A stretch of DNA of 64,000 bases from Candidatus Bathyarchaeota archaeon (GCA_963768425.1 CAVYHV010000023.1:31260-95259), one strand, 5' to 3'. Numbered from the stretch's first letter, positions 39,534-50,245 are shown. Numbers and translations: made by a program. Notes: generated by a model not told the origin, from the sequence alone.

Positions 39534-40384
39534 GTGGATTTCGTGTTCAAAACCGTTGGTTTGGTTGCCCGCTATGATAAGAAGGCAGCTTTGAAACTTG
39601 CTGAGGAGTTGGCGGAGCATCTTGCAAAGGAAGGATTGAAGGTTTATCTTGAAGATAGCTTGGTGGCAAAGATAAGTGCGCCCCAGGCCGAGATGGTTTC
39701 TCTTGCAAAAATGCAAACTGACTTCATAATCACAATTGGAGGAGATGGAACAATACTTCGCACCTGCATAACGGTGCCAAAACCCGAACCGCCTCTTCTA
39801 ACCGTTAACATGGGTGAACGAGGATTCTTAACAGAGGTAGAACCCAAAAACGCCTTGGAGGCAGTAGATAAAATCTTGAAGGGTGACTACAGAGTAGAAA
39901 AATGCACCAAGCTCTGTGTTTCAACAGGCGGCAATCAATTTCCAGATGCTTTAAACGACGTCGTCATCTCTGCTGGCGAACCGTCAAGCATCCTTAAGGC
40001 GCAGATATGCAAGGATGGAAACCCCATACTTAAATGCCAAGCCGATGGATTAATAGTCGCAACCCCAACTGGCTCGACAGGGTATTCTCTTTCAGCGAAC
40101 GGACCCGTCTTGGACCCGCACTAGACGCCTTCGTCGTCACATCCATCTGCCCATTAACCGCATTTCCTTCACTTGTCCTCCCCGCGGACTCAACCGTCAC
40201 CTTCAACATCTCCAGCCCCAAAGAAGTGCTTGTCTCGATTGACGGAAAATACCGCAAACTTGTAAGTGACCAGGAGCCGATGCTAAAAGTAACAGTGTCG
40301 AAGAATACGACTTCATTTATCAGGTTTGAAGAAGACTTCTACGACCGACTGCGAAGCCGGCTTCTTTTCAAGGGAACACAATGA
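39534..40384 (+). CDS. nadK: NAD(+) kinase, frameshifted near 40117-40121
   Basis: GGDGT, GFL, ALND, DGLIVATPTGSTGYSLSA.GP in the first frame; LDAFVVTSICP...IDG continues in another frame (one base apparently missing). Confidence 0.88.
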
Positions 40385-40932
40385 ACGCCCAAAACGGCAG
40401 CCCGTGCAGAAAAATAATCGTTCTAGATACCTCTGCTTTTCTAGCAGGCTATGATCCATTCTCTTCAAGTGTCGAGCAAGTAACTGTTCCCAGAGTTGAA
40501 GAGGAAATAAAAAGAAACTCAATTATAATCACACGTTTTAGGACAGCCATCGAAAGCGGCAAAGTCAAAGTCAAAGCCCCCGACCAAGAGTTCCTTGACC
40601 GCGCGAAGGTTTCTGCGAGTAAACTCGGTGACTCGTATCTGCTGTCCAAGGCGGATATGGAGCTTTTGGCTTTGGCACTGGAGTTGAAAGCAGAAGGCTA
40701 CGTACCACAAATCGTCACGGACGATTATTCGATTCAGAACGTCGCGACGCAGATGAGGGTTGAGTTTTTGGCGCTTGCCACATTCGGCATCAAACGCCTC
40801 TTAGAGTGGATAAGATACTGCCCAGCTTGCCACAAAGAGTATCCGGCTAACTGTTCATCCAAAGAATGCTTGGTCTGCGGCACACAACTAAAGAGAAAGC
40901 CGCGCAGAACAGTCAAAAAAGTCCGCGAGTAG
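40381..40932 (+). CDS. nob1: Nob1-like rRNA maturation endonuclease (PIN + Zn ribbon)
   Basis: VLDTSAF, LS.AD..LLALA, TDDYSIQNVA, CPAC...CLVCG. Confidence 0.92.
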   Translation: MNAQNGSPCRKIIVLDTSAFLAGYDPFSSSVEQVTVPRVEEEIKRNSIIITRFRTAIESGKVKVKAPDQEFLDRAKVSASKLGDSYLLSKADMELLALALELKAEGYVPQIVTDDYSIQNVATQMRVEFLALATFGIKRLLEWIRYCPACHKEYPANCSSKECLVCGTQLKRKPRRTVKKVRE

Positions 40933-40937
40933 TCGAC

Positions 40938-42272
40938 TTAGGTTTCCTTTGAGACCTCAGTGATTGTATCCTCTATAATTGCGAGTGCAGACTCCAGCAG
41001 ATCAGGTTGTATGGTAAGAGGCGGAACTATTCTAAGCGTTGAAACTCCGCAGGTAACAACGGCGACCCCTCGCTTCCACGATCGCAGCATAACTTCAGAC
41101 GCCTTCTTAGCCGCAGGTTTTCTTGTTTCCTTATCCTCAACAAGTTCAACGCCTATCATCAGACCTTTACCACGCACGTCTCCAACTATGTCGTTAGTTT
41201 CAGCGAAGTCCTCTAGTCGCTTTTTGAGGTAGTCTCCCTGCTTATTCGCGTTATCCAGCAAACGTTTCTCTTTTATGAAATCTATGACCGCAAGGGCTGC
41301 GGCGCAGGATACTGGGTTTCCGCCGAAAGTGCTTGCATGTGAACCCGCCGTCCAATCCATAATGGACGCCTTAGCTACAGCTGCACCTATAGGTAAACCT
41401 GAAGCTAAAGCCTTGGCGCAACAGATTATGTCGGGTTCAACGCCCCAGTGTTCGATGGCAAACCATTTGCCTGTTCTGCCTATACCCGACTGCACCTCAT
41501 CGTCGACAAGCAGAATCCCGTATTCGTCGCTAATCTTCTTGAGTTTCTGGAAGAACTCGGGCGGAGGAACTACGTAGCCGCCTTCACCTTGGATAGGCTC
41601 AAAAAGAATCGCAGCCACATCTTCAGGAGGCATATACTTATGAAGAACTTGTTCTTCGATGAAATCTGCGCACCAAAAGTTGCAGCTTGGACGCGTCAGC
41701 TTGAAGGGACAGCGATAACAATATGGGTACGGAACGTGCGCGACACCAGGCATCATAGGAGAGAATGATCGTCTCTGAACTGCTTTGCTGGAAGTGAAAG
41801 CCAGCGAACCCATCGTGCGACCATGAAAAGCACCGATGAAACCGATGAACAAAGGTTTTCGAGTGTGCCACCTTGCAAGCTTGATCCCGGCTTCCACGGC
41901 TTCGGTGCCGCTGTTGCCAAAAAACGTTTTTTTCCTAGATTCGCCAGGCGTGATTTCCGACAGTTTTTCTGCCAGGTTGATAGCTTCTTTGTAGTAGAAG
42001 TCTGTGTTAGAGTAATGCAGGAAACGGCTGCACTGCGCTTTTATTGCCTCGACCACAAGGGGGTTGTTGTGGCCTACGTTCATGCAGGCGATGCCCGCGT
42101 TAAAGTCGATATACTCGTTTCCGTCAACATCTTTAACTATACAGTCGTTCGCCGAGTCAATGCAAAGCGGGTAATATCGCAGATAGGAAGGGGAGACAAA
42201 CTGTTCATCTTTCTGAATAAGCTCTCTAGCCTTAGGTCCAGGCGGGGAAACAACAATTTTTGGATAAAGCAT
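40938..42272 (-). CDS. Class-III PLP aminotransferase (4-aminobutyrate/acetylornithine type)
   Basis: DVDGNEYIDF, NSGTEA.E, FHGRT, EPIQGEGG, DEVQSG.GRTG, AKAL..GLP, STFGGNP. Confidence 0.92.
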   Translation of the reverse strand: MLYPKIVVSPPGPKARELIQKDEQFVSPSYLRYYPLCIDSANDCIVKDVDGNEYIDFNAGIACMNVGHNNPLVVEAIKAQCSRFLHYSNTDFYYKEAINLAEKLSEITPGESRKKTFFGNSGTEAVEAGIKLARWHTRKPLFIGFIGAFHGRTMGSLAFTSSKAVQRRSFSPMMPGVAHVPYPYCYRCPFKLTRPSCNFWCADFIEEQVLHKYMPPEDVAAILFEPIQGEGGYVVPPPEFFQKLKKISDEYGILLVDDEVQSGIGRTGKWFAIEHWGVEPDIICCAKALASGLPIGAAVAKASIMDWTAGSHASTFGGNPVSCAAALAVIDFIKEKRLLDNANKQGDYLKKRLEDFAETNDIVGDVRGKGLMIGVELVEDKETRKPAAKKASEVMLRSWKRGVAVVTCGVSTLRIVPPLTIQPDLLESALAIIEDTITEVSKET

Positions 42273-42349
42273 TTGAAGAAAACTCCAGCAAAAAAGACTA
42301 GTGGGCACGCCATATTAACCTTTAGCCAATTGGAAAAGCAGGGCTTGGA

Positions 42350-44155
42350 TCAAAGAAACGTTAGAATCAAGAGTAGAATTACGCCCTCTAACGCAAAAAC
42401 GGGAATTACGGTTTGCTTGATCTTTTTAATCGCCCGGTCAACCAGCGTTGTCATTGACTTCAATTGTGCTTCCCCGATGGCTCTGACCTGAGGAACAACC
42501 AACTGCGCACAACCCGCCGTCGCTGCTTCCAAGTTTTCCTCTGCCCTTTTTGCGACATCAACAATGATACGCGTCAGCAGCTCCTGATCCATGGCTTCCC
42601 CAACAGGGTGATAGCCACGACGGCCAGTGACTATTGCGCTCACGGCATGCGTGTCCGTAGTGAAGACCTCGCTTTCGTTGAAACCTGCTGCGCCCAAAGC
42701 TGCAAGAAGCTTCTCTCGCAAACCAGAAATGATATTGTTGCCGTCAATTACTACGTAGGCAATTTTTTGATCAAGCGCCTCAACTACTATCGCAGTGATT
42801 CCGCCGCTTCCCATTCCTGATTTCAAAGAAAACTCTGGTGGATAAGCGCTGGCGGCGCCGACCCTGAAGCGGCTGGTTGGCTGTGCCACTGCTTTCTGGA
42901 GACAGCTTGAAGCGACACTGCGCAATGCTTCCAAGTGCTCTTCAACGTCTACTATGTCTGTAATACTATTATGAGCATTTACCACTATTGCGTGTTTTAA
43001 ACCGTATTTTGCGGCTTCTTGGACTACGATGCGTCCTAAGTCCTGAGGCAAATCTTCAGTTGTTTCTGGAGCAAGCGTAAAACTAAGAAAGGCTGTGTCC
43101 CCGAAGAGTTGGCATGAAGCCGAGGCAACCCCCTCAGAAACCCGAATGAAAGGCGAAGCCGAATCAGCTGACGCCTTAAACCCAGCAGAGGATATCACTT
43201 TAGAAACGATTTTGTGATTCTGCGATTGCGACGCCAAATCACGCTCGTGCCCCAAAATTCCCAGAGGCGTGCAGGCTTCGCAGTTGATTTCTCTTTGAAA
43301 TTCATGCTTCATCATCGAAGGCAAGAGGCTGCTGCCTATGTTCTTGAATGGACCAGGATGCACGAATGGAACGATTAATGCTGCTTTAGGTCTAGATGAT
43401 TCAAACTTTAAGATGTTGACTTCGATGTCTGTGTCTTCACCCATGTCTTCAAAGAATTTCTCTAAAGGCGCATTGTCGCTTGTCACCCAGTTAGCTATGA
43501 AGGCTTTGAAGAGAGGAAGTGAGGAAATTGAATACGCCCTGCCCAAACGCTCGACAGGGTAAAAAAACAGTAGAGCCGTCAGCAAAGCGACTACGGGAGA
43601 GAGAACAACGAAAGGCAGGACCTGTAAAAGTGAGATGCCGTTTGAAACCCAAACGACAATAAAGGGAACCAAGCAGAGTGCAGGCTGAAGCAAAACGGAA
43701 AATCCCCTACGCCACACATCGGCCTCTGAAGTTGCCATAAACACTATGACTCTTAAGGTGACAATTGCGGCGAAACCTACCAGGGTAAGCTTTTCCAGCA
43801 GTTGCCAGCTGAAGGCGGACCCTAAGGTGACACCAACTATTATGAAGATTAGCCAGAAAACCAGACTGAATAAGGAAAGCACATGAATGCGTCGTAGCTG
43901 AAAAATAGGGTCTTTTCTAAGAACCAGTTTACTGACTATTAGATCGGCGATAACCGTAAGGACAAAAAGCGAAAGCGCAAGAAGAAGGGCACGGATTAAG
44001 CTCTGAGATGGAACGGCGTAGGTTAAAAGACCAATAACCAAGCACACAGCAGCGACTGCTCCGAGTGCTTTTTTGAGCGATGGAAGAGTAAACATGGATG
44101 TGTAATGTTTCTTTGCGTCGTCTATAGAACGGTTAAGCGTGTTTGTGTCATCCAT
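42350..44155 (-). CDS. DUF2070 family membrane protein
   Basis: N-terminal TMs; HPGPF..IGSS, H..D, TEDL, AHN, DGNN, TTDTH. Confidence 0.88.
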   Translation of the reverse strand: MDDTNTLNRSIDDAKKHYTSMFTLPSLKKALGAVAAVCLVIGLLTYAVPSQSLIRALLLALSLFVLTVIADLIVSKLVLRKDPIFQLRRIHVLSLFSLVFWLIFIIVGVTLGSAFSWQLLEKLTLVGFAAIVTLRVIVFMATSEADVWRRGFSVLLQPALCLVPFIVVWVSNGISLLQVLPFVVLSPVVALLTALLFFYPVERLGRAYSISSLPLFKAFIANWVTSDNAPLEKFFEDMGEDTDIEVNILKFESSRPKAALIVPFVHPGPFKNIGSSLLPSMMKHEFQREINCEACTPLGILGHERDLASQSQNHKIVSKVISSAGFKASADSASPFIRVSEGVASASCQLFGDTAFLSFTLAPETTEDLPQDLGRIVVQEAAKYGLKHAIVVNAHNSITDIVDVEEHLEALRSVASSCLQKAVAQPTSRFRVGAASAYPPEFSLKSGMGSGGITAIVVEALDQKIAYVVIDGNNIISGLREKLLAALGAAGFNESEVFTTDTHAVSAIVTGRRGYHPVGEAMDQELLTRIIVDVAKRAEENLEAATAGCAQLVVPQVRAIGEAQLKSMTTLVDRAIKKIKQTVIPVFALEGVILLLILTFL

Positions 44156-44404
44156 GTTTTCAGCTCAAGGTTGAGTCTCTTATGGAAGCGGTGTGCCTTA
44201 TTAAAATTTAGCGAAGTTAAACGCCGGTGCTTAACACTAAATACACTTTTTCTGCAATAGACGGAGGAGACAACAATAGTTTTGGCATAGAGCAGTTAAA
44301 GCCAAGAGAGAAAAACAGATTCCTTTGTTTCAAGACCCAAAAAGGTAACATGCCGCCTGGAGGTAATTGTTTTATCTATAACTTGACTTATGTGTTAGTT
44401 TGCG

Positions 44405-44701
44405 ATGGCTATGTCAGAACGAGACTTGCCCCCTTCGATATTTCACATGCTGGAGCGAAACGTGGGCAAGAAAATCAGGGTGATAATTGACCCATCGTAC
44501 GGTTTCGAGGGAACCTTAGCCGCGGTAACTCATGAGCCGTCGGGAATCTGGCTTTCCGAGGCAGAAGCCATCGTTTTGAGATCAACCATTGCGCAGCCGA
44601 TCCCGCAGATTACCAGTCGGGAAGAAAGAAGCGAGATATTTCTACATCTTAACTCTGTTCAAAGAATAGAAGTCCTACACGCTACAGCGCCGAGACGTTA
44701 A
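44405..44701 (+). CDS. Divergent Sm/LSm-fold protein
   Basis: L...VGKKIRV.I......EGTL (Sm1-like) and EIFLH...V..I (Sm2-like). Confidence 0.6.
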   Translation: MAMSERDLPPSIFHMLERNVGKKIRVIIDPSYGFEGTLAAVTHEPSGIWLSEAEAIVLRSTIAQPIPQITSREERSEIFLHLNSVQRIEVLHATAPRR

Positions 44702-44710
44702 AGCAACAGT

Positions 44711-44884
44711 TTAAGGGAAGAATACTTTTGCCATCACTGATAATACAATCAGTGAAACCGAGAAAACCACAAGCAGCTCAGGTCTCATCTTTATTCCTTC
44801 AGTTTCTTCCTCGAAGAATCTGAGCAAACCTGCGCTTGCTGCAGGCATTGGACCGGTATCTTTCTTTTTCCTTCTGCTACTCAC
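44711..44884 (-). CDS. secG: Preprotein translocase subunit Sec61beta
   Basis: Not in ORF track: MSSRRKKKDTGPMPAASAGLLRFFEEETEGIKMRPELLVVFSVSLIVLSVMAKVFFP; AGL.RFFEE...I...P plus a C-terminal TM is the archaeal Sec61beta signature. Confidence 0.9.
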   Translation of the reverse strand: MSSRRKKKDTGPMPAASAGLLRFFEEETEGIKMRPELLVVFSVSLIVLSVMAKVFFP

Positions 44885-45013
44885 TAATATCCCTGCCTTT
44901 CATGTAACCGTAACCATTAATTAATGTTGTGCAGACCAGCAATCCGAAACATCCGCCTTCAACAAGGTTAGAAATGTTTAAAGTCCGCTTTGTTTAGACA
45001 CTAAAACCTGGGG

Positions 45014-45310
45014 ATGCATATGCAAATAAGTGAATTTCAGAAGATGATGCGTGACCTCTACTTCAAAAGAGACTCCGAACGTGGGGTAGATGGAACTTTC
45101 AACTGGCTCGTTGATGAGGTCGCTGAGTTAGGGGAAGAAATCAAAAAAGGAACAGACAGGGAAGGCACTGAGAAAGAATTCGCGGACGTCATCGCCTGGC
45201 TTGCTTCCCTAGCAAACATAATGGGAATCGACCTTGAGCAGGCAGCTATCAACAAATACAATCACAAATGCCCCAAATGCCAGCATTCGCCCTGCCAATG
45301 CACATTCTAA
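45014..45310 (+). CDS. MazG-like nucleotide pyrophosphohydrolase
   Basis: EFQ......Y..RD..RG, WL.DEV.EL, EFADV.AWL.SLAN, C-terminal Cys cluster. Confidence 0.9.
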   Translation: MHMQISEFQKMMRDLYFKRDSERGVDGTFNWLVDEVAELGEEIKKGTDREGTEKEFADVIAWLASLANIMGIDLEQAAINKYNHKCPKCQHSPCQCTF

Positions 45311-45559
45311 CTCTGCAAGGCGCTTCTGCCCTAAACCCGTAGCTGCCCAACAGAAGGGTCTACGACCATTTCGGTTGACAATGCCTTCGTTTTTGAGAAG
45401 ACGAAGATGATGCGTTACAACGTTATAGGAAAGATCCGTTGTTTTCGCGATCCTGGGGGCATCGTATTGCCCAGTTTCCAGAGTTTCCAAGATTTTGCTT
45501 CTTGCCTTAAGACCGTTCTTGACGTTTCTTACGTTTTTGAGGTAAGCATTAGGATGCAT
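45209..45559 (-). CDS. Small winged-helix (ArsR-like) protein; true 3' end probably near 45307
   Basis: R.KILE.L....IAK...LSY.VV.HHL.LL..EGIV; the 102-bp antisense overlap with mazG suggests an indel before the TAG at 45307-45309. Confidence 0.75.
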   Translation of the reverse strand: MHPNAYLKNVRNVKNGLKARSKILETLETGQYDAPRIAKTTDLSYNVVTHHLRLLKNEGIVNRNGRRPFCWAATGLGQKRLAELECALAGRMLAFGAFVIVFVDSCLLKVDSHYVC

Positions 45560-45601
45560 AAAGTCACCGTTAAGATAGTCAGCCTTCTGGGTTGAAAAGC
45601 T

Positions 45602-48600
45602 TTAGCTACCGAAATCGAAGAGTTTGGCTTGTTTTGGTTTTTTGTTGTCGAACATTGAAGCTATCTCTTCTTTTATCAGGTCAAGACGCTGCGTGTAATA
45701 GTTAGGCAAACCGTAAGTGTCGACGAGTGTCTGCGCCGCCTCTAAGTACTTCTCTATGCCACCTCGGTAGACGGTTAGGGTGAGTTTTCCGCCGCAGAAG
45801 GGGCATTTTCCTTTAAGGGGTAACCGTCGAAACTTTTTGTTGCACGATTTGCACCTGAAGCCCTGTGTGGAGAAGGCGCGCAAGTTGCCTGCTATGTCTC
45901 TTAAGAAATGGGTGGTTAAAACTTTTAATGCGACCCGCTTGACATCTACCGCATCGATTTTTTCTCCCAGCCCAAGTTGCATGTTCAGTTTTTCAATCAT
46001 TGATTTGAATTCTTTGTAGGAGCTGTTTGCGTTGCCTAGGTTGATATTGGTGACGGGTGTTGTGTACTGGAAGCCTTCGAACTGGGCTTCGGTTCCCAAT
46101 CTATGGCTGATAGTATCCATGATAGAGCTTACGGGTGCAGCTTCGCCTTTATCCCAGGTTTTGAGGTAGAACTCTACGGGGTATGTTTGGTCGACGTCAA
46201 AGTCATGGGCTTGCCTCTGCACTTCTTTAGTGTTAACGAATGGGATCAGCAGGATTGGGGCATCCATGATTCCGCCTATTTGAGCAGGCAAATAAACACG
46301 GGAAAAGTTCAGAAGAGTATCGAGTGCGAGCATGATAGCGTCTTCGTCGCCGTCGCAGTCGCGGCGTTTAGCCGAGTGCCAAATTGGATGTGCATATATC
46401 ACGTTGCGGTCCGTGTAACCGACAACCCGCCCAAGAATGCAAGCGCAGGTGTGCGGGGCTAACCCAAAGATAAGGTGTCCGACGAGGTCTTCAGGCTTCT
46501 TAACGTTATAGTAGGCGGGGAGCTTGTAGACTCTAATGAGCAAATCATCGATGAAAGCGGCGATTTGAAGGAAGTAGTCTCCTGCCTTCCAAGGAATTAC
46601 CACGTCCTGGACTTTGAGCTCACAAACTTGATTGGGGTCCGTCAAAGGCACGCCGTGTGTGTCGCAGTTGTATCCAAGCTGCCTTATCTTTTCAATGGGT
46701 ACCCCAACTTCTGCAGGGGTAAAATGGGTTAATGGGGCGTTTGTGCCGTCGAAACGAATTGTGCCATCTTTGTAAACCGACAACTCATACTTTGCGCGCA
46801 AAATGCCTTTTTCAACTATTTCAGGGGTCTTGTTCAAGTTTGTTAAGCCTTTAACGCCTCGCAGTTGTTTCGGCGAGGGGTAACCGAGCGATTTGCAAGC
46901 GTCGTCAACTAGGTCTTTGAAGTTAATTGCTTGCCGTTGATAAAGAATAGCGTCTGCCTTGCAGGCTGGGCAAGCATTGTCTTTCAACGCTTTTCCGCAA
47001 CGCGGGCAGCTTTTTTCTTCACAGGTTTCGTCGCCGCAGTTTGGGCACTTTATCATTCGGGTGTAAGTCTTACAGTTAGGACACTTGCGCTTTACCATTT
47101 CAACAAAAACGTGTCCTTGCTTTGCAGCTTCCAAAAGGTCCCTGTGCGAGCCGCCCTGCAGGCTTACGGGAAAAAGAACATGAACCAAGGGTTTCATCTC
47201 GCGCCGCTTTGCCTTTTCAGGTCGACCCATACGCCCACCAACGTAAGTTGGAGCCTTATCTTTAATTCGCACGCCAGAAACCCTGCTGAGGGTTTCCGTT
47301 ACACTGAAAGGTTGAGCAGCATCAAGCAGTCCAGTGGAGCCGTAACCGAGATTGAACGCGAAGGCAGTTGCGTCTTCCCCATCCACAATGATTTTATCGT
47401 TTATTATTCTATGTGGAGCAAAAATCTTTCTCAACATCGCCACTACGTCAGGTTGGCATTCACCAGTGATTTTGCAAACAAAGCCATCATTCATAGTGAC
47501 TTCTGAGGAACATAACCAGCCTCTCAGTTTTTCAATCTCCTGAGCCGTGGACAAGCTCGACCAAAAGAATGTGAAGCTGGGATGCAAAGGAACATCAAGG
47601 CGCTGACTGAGAAGTATAGCCTCTTTAGCTATAGGCTTATCAAAGAAGGGATTATCTATGAAACCTTTGATTCTTCCCGCGGAAACTTTCGCGGCTTCTG
47701 CTGCCAACTCGATGTCGGAGTTGAATTTGTTTTTGATTTGGCTCTGAAGATCCTTTATCCACCACTCCTCAACGTATCCCGAAGGTGGAAGGCTCTTGTT
47801 TGAATAAAGAAAGTCTCCGAAGCTGATGAGGATGTCTCCTAGAAACAGTATTTTCTGGATTTTTCCCTTAACATCGGGATAATTCTGCATTGTGACCCTG
47901 ACAACCGAGCTGTCTTTCAACAGAACAACGGGAGGTTCAATCGAATCCACTGGAAGCGTAACGCAGCCTTTTCCAGGGAGCTCTAGACGCATTTGCGTAC
48001 CCGCTGCAAGAAAATTTTCAAGAACAAGCATAGTCGCCGGATGAATACCGACCGCTGACAACCCAGTGTTCCGTGACCTGCCATACCGGAGTCTGAACCC
48101 TCCGCGTCTTGAAGGAAAAGCAAAAATGGGCCGTCCGGCTATCACGTCATCCATGAAGCCTCCTGACTTCTTCTCAGATTTTTTCTTGAACTCTTTGAGC
48201 CAATCCCAACCTTGAAAACCGATCTTGTTGATGATCACGAAGACCTTTTGTGCACGCCCCACAATGCCGTCGTTAACAACCCTAAGAGCCCCACCCCTTA
48301 CACGGTTTGTTTCCACCCGGGGAAGGTTTCGGTAAGAAGAAACTTCAACTGGGTCGGATTCTGTGCCTGTGCATTCGACTGGAATTAAGTTAAGCGCTTT
48401 CTTTAGCTCGTCATCGGGAATGTGGTATTGGAATCGGCCAACGGATCGTTCGTAGAGCCTTAGCTCTTCCGTGAAACGGGCAACCTCTTCCTCTGTGGGC
48501 TTATACCTGTCCAATGCCAGTTGCTGCCTCACGAAGTCGCCTACAACCAAAGTTAAAGCTTGGTCAGTTCCACCCGCGGATCTGATTGGACCCGCGAAGT

Positions 48601-49030
48601 AGATGGCCAAATATCGAGTTCTGTCGGCATTGGTTTTTATTTTGACTTGGGCGATTCCTTGAATTGGAGCCGCCGTTAAGCCTTCAGTGAATATTGCAAG
48701 TGCAGTTCTAATGGCTTGTTCAGCCATCTTCTCAGGGTCGGCTGTGCCGAATTTGCCTAGAACGATTTCTTCTGCGACTTTGAAGGCAATTTCCTCACGT
48801 TGCATCTTTGTACTGAGTTCCCTGATGCTTAGCGCCACTTTCTTCGGTCCAACCAGTCCCTCCACTAAGTCAGCGATGTCTTTGGCGATAATGCATTCCG
48901 TCTTCAAAGCTGGGTCTAAACCAGCGGACCTAGCGCCGTCGCTTATGGAATAAAGGTGCTTCAACTCGGTTTCCAATGTGTCAACGTAGTTTTGATAGCC
49001 TTTGCTGATGTTCAAAGCGCAGCTTCCCAT
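45602..49030 (-). CDS. polC: DNA polymerase D large subunit DP2
   Basis: AGPIRSAGGT, RLRYGRSR, RMGRPEKA, DGTIRFD, AKRRDCDGDED, GNLRAF..Q.FRC, C-terminal PIP-like Q..L.DF; no intein seen. Confidence 0.97.
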   Translation of the reverse strand: MGSCALNISKGYQNYVDTLETELKHLYSISDGARSAGLDPALKTECIIAKDIADLVEGLVGPKKVALSIRELSTKMQREEIAFKVAEEIVLGKFGTADPEKMAEQAIRTALAIFTEGLTAAPIQGIAQVKIKTNADRTRYLAIYFAGPIRSAGGTDQALTLVVGDFVRQQLALDRYKPTEEEVARFTEELRLYERSVGRFQYHIPDDELKKALNLIPVECTGTESDPVEVSSYRNLPRVETNRVRGGALRVVNDGIVGRAQKVFVIINKIGFQGWDWLKEFKKKSEKKSGGFMDDVIAGRPIFAFPSRRGGFRLRYGRSRNTGLSAVGIHPATMLVLENFLAAGTQMRLELPGKGCVTLPVDSIEPPVVLLKDSSVVRVTMQNYPDVKGKIQKILFLGDILISFGDFLYSNKSLPPSGYVEEWWIKDLQSQIKNKFNSDIELAAEAAKVSAGRIKGFIDNPFFDKPIAKEAILLSQRLDVPLHPSFTFFWSSLSTAQEIEKLRGWLCSSEVTMNDGFVCKITGECQPDVVAMLRKIFAPHRIINDKIIVDGEDATAFAFNLGYGSTGLLDAAQPFSVTETLSRVSGVRIKDKAPTYVGGRMGRPEKAKRREMKPLVHVLFPVSLQGGSHRDLLEAAKQGHVFVEMVKRKCPNCKTYTRMIKCPNCGDETCEEKSCPRCGKALKDNACPACKADAILYQRQAINFKDLVDDACKSLGYPSPKQLRGVKGLTNLNKTPEIVEKGILRAKYELSVYKDGTIRFDGTNAPLTHFTPAEVGVPIEKIRQLGYNCDTHGVPLTDPNQVCELKVQDVVIPWKAGDYFLQIAAFIDDLLIRVYKLPAYYNVKKPEDLVGHLIFGLAPHTCACILGRVVGYTDRNVIYAHPIWHSAKRRDCDGDEDAIMLALDTLLNFSRVYLPAQIGGIMDAPILLIPFVNTKEVQRQAHDFDVDQTYPVEFYLKTWDKGEAAPVSSIMDTISHRLGTEAQFEGFQYTTPVTNINLGNANSSYKEFKSMIEKLNMQLGLGEKIDAVDVKRVALKVLTTHFLRDIAGNLRAFSTQGFRCKSCNKKFRRLPLKGKCPFCGGKLTLTVYRGGIEKYLEAAQTLVDTYGLPNYYTQRLDLIKEEIASMFDNKKPKQAKLFDFGS

Positions 49031-49091
49031 GGCAAGATATAGAATGTTAGGTTATTTTGCCTTTCTAAAAATTAAACACAAAAGCCAGAAA

Positions 49092-49859
49092 CTAAAAAGG
49101 TGCACGCTTAGCTTTGATGTTTTTGATTGCCGCGATGATTTCAGCGACCTTCTGCCTGGAATCGCTTGTCTCACAGACATTGCCCGTGACTATAATGTCA
49201 GCTCCTGCTGAGACAGCGGCTATAGCTTGCTCCTTTGTTCTAATTCCACCGCCAACTATTAGTGGTATTTCCAAAACGTGTTTTACAGCATGAATCATTT
49301 CAGAGGGTACGGGATCTTTGGCACCTGAACCGCCTTCAAGATAAATGAACCGCATGCCTAGATATTGGCCTGCCAAAGCATGAGCCGCTGCAAGTTCGGG
49401 TTTGTTGTAGGGCACCGAAATTGCTTTTCCGACTATGCCGGCGGTTCCACCGTCTCCCACGATTATGTAACCCATTGATAAAGGTTCCAAATGATATTTC
49501 TTGACAAGAGGTGCGCCGAGGATTTGGGCGCCGATGAGAAAATACGGATCAACTGAGTTTAGAAGCGACATAAACCAAATAGCGTCTGCATGGCTGCTTA
49601 TGCCCGTTACGTTGTTTGGGAAGAGTATTGTGGGAAGAGTTACACGGGACTTGATGGCTTTAACGACGTCGTCGAGATGTGCTTGCGAGATAAAGGTTGA
49701 GCCACCAATCATGATAGCGGCTGTTCCGCTGTTCTTGGAGTTCTCAGCGATTCGCAAAGCATCTTGCGCCGTTACTTTTTCCGGATCGATAAGTGCAAGA
49801 TGGATGGAGCCTTCGGCTTTTATTTTTTCAAGCAAGTATTTTTCGATAGGCCCTAGCAT
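49092..49859 (-). CDS. Geranylgeranylglyceryl phosphate synthase
   Basis: H..LIDPEK, IGGST, ILFP, SLLNS, YLEGGSGA, VGGGIR, VTG. Confidence 0.93.
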   Translation of the reverse strand: MLGPIEKYLLEKIKAEGSIHLALIDPEKVTAQDALRIAENSKNSGTAAIMIGGSTFISQAHLDDVVKAIKSRVTLPTILFPNNVTGISSHADAIWFMSLLNSVDPYFLIGAQILGAPLVKKYHLEPLSMGYIIVGDGGTAGIVGKAISVPYNKPELAAAHALAGQYLGMRFIYLEGGSGAKDPVPSEMIHAVKHVLEIPLIVGGGIRTKEQAIAAVSAGADIIVTGNVCETSDSRQKVAEIIAAIKNIKAKRAPF

Positions 49860-49875
49860 GCCAATTATCCTTCAG

Positions 49876-50145
49876 TTACTCTTTCTTTAAGTTCGGTAAT
49901 GGCGCTCTTTTGCCGGAACCGTAGACTTTGTCGGTTAGCATGCAGTAAACGTCAACTTCACCTTGGGCTTGTTTAATCGGGAATTCTTCTTTAAGCCCAC
50001 AACTACTGCATTGTGCTATTGCGTGTCCCCCGTCTTCTCTTGAAATTTCAACTTTTACTGTTTCCTTCCCGCATCTAGGACAGGAAAAAAACTTTGGTAA
50101 GTGTTTCTTTGGAATATGAACAACTTTCTTTCTTCTTCGACCCAA
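49876..50145 (-). CDS. elf1: Transcription elongation factor Elf1
   Basis: MGRRRKK, LPK.F.CP.C, CSSCG, VDVY....D. Confidence 0.9.
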   Translation of the reverse strand: MGRRRKKVVHIPKKHLPKFFSCPRCGKETVKVEISREDGGHAIAQCSSCGLKEEFPIKQAQGEVDVYCMLTDKVYGSGKRAPLPNLKKE

Positions 50146-50245
50146 CTGTAACAGCCTTCAAATTGACGATATTTGTGAGTAAATATTTATCCTTGTCCTT
50201 AAATACTTGCCTACAAGTCAAGAGTATAGGTTTGCGTGAAGCCTA

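Noticed and set aside
40110-40130. Amber readthrough or programmed frameshift in NAD kinase
   Set aside because: The continuation is in a different frame and there is no slippery sequence; a single missing base explains it.
45209-45310. Functional antisense overlap between the wHTH gene and mazG
   Set aside because: A TAG lies one base out of frame at the expected end of the wHTH gene, so an indel error is more likely.
45602-49030. Intein in PolD DP2
   Set aside because: The length and continuous motifs match an intein-free protein; no splice-junction or LAGLIDADG motifs were seen.
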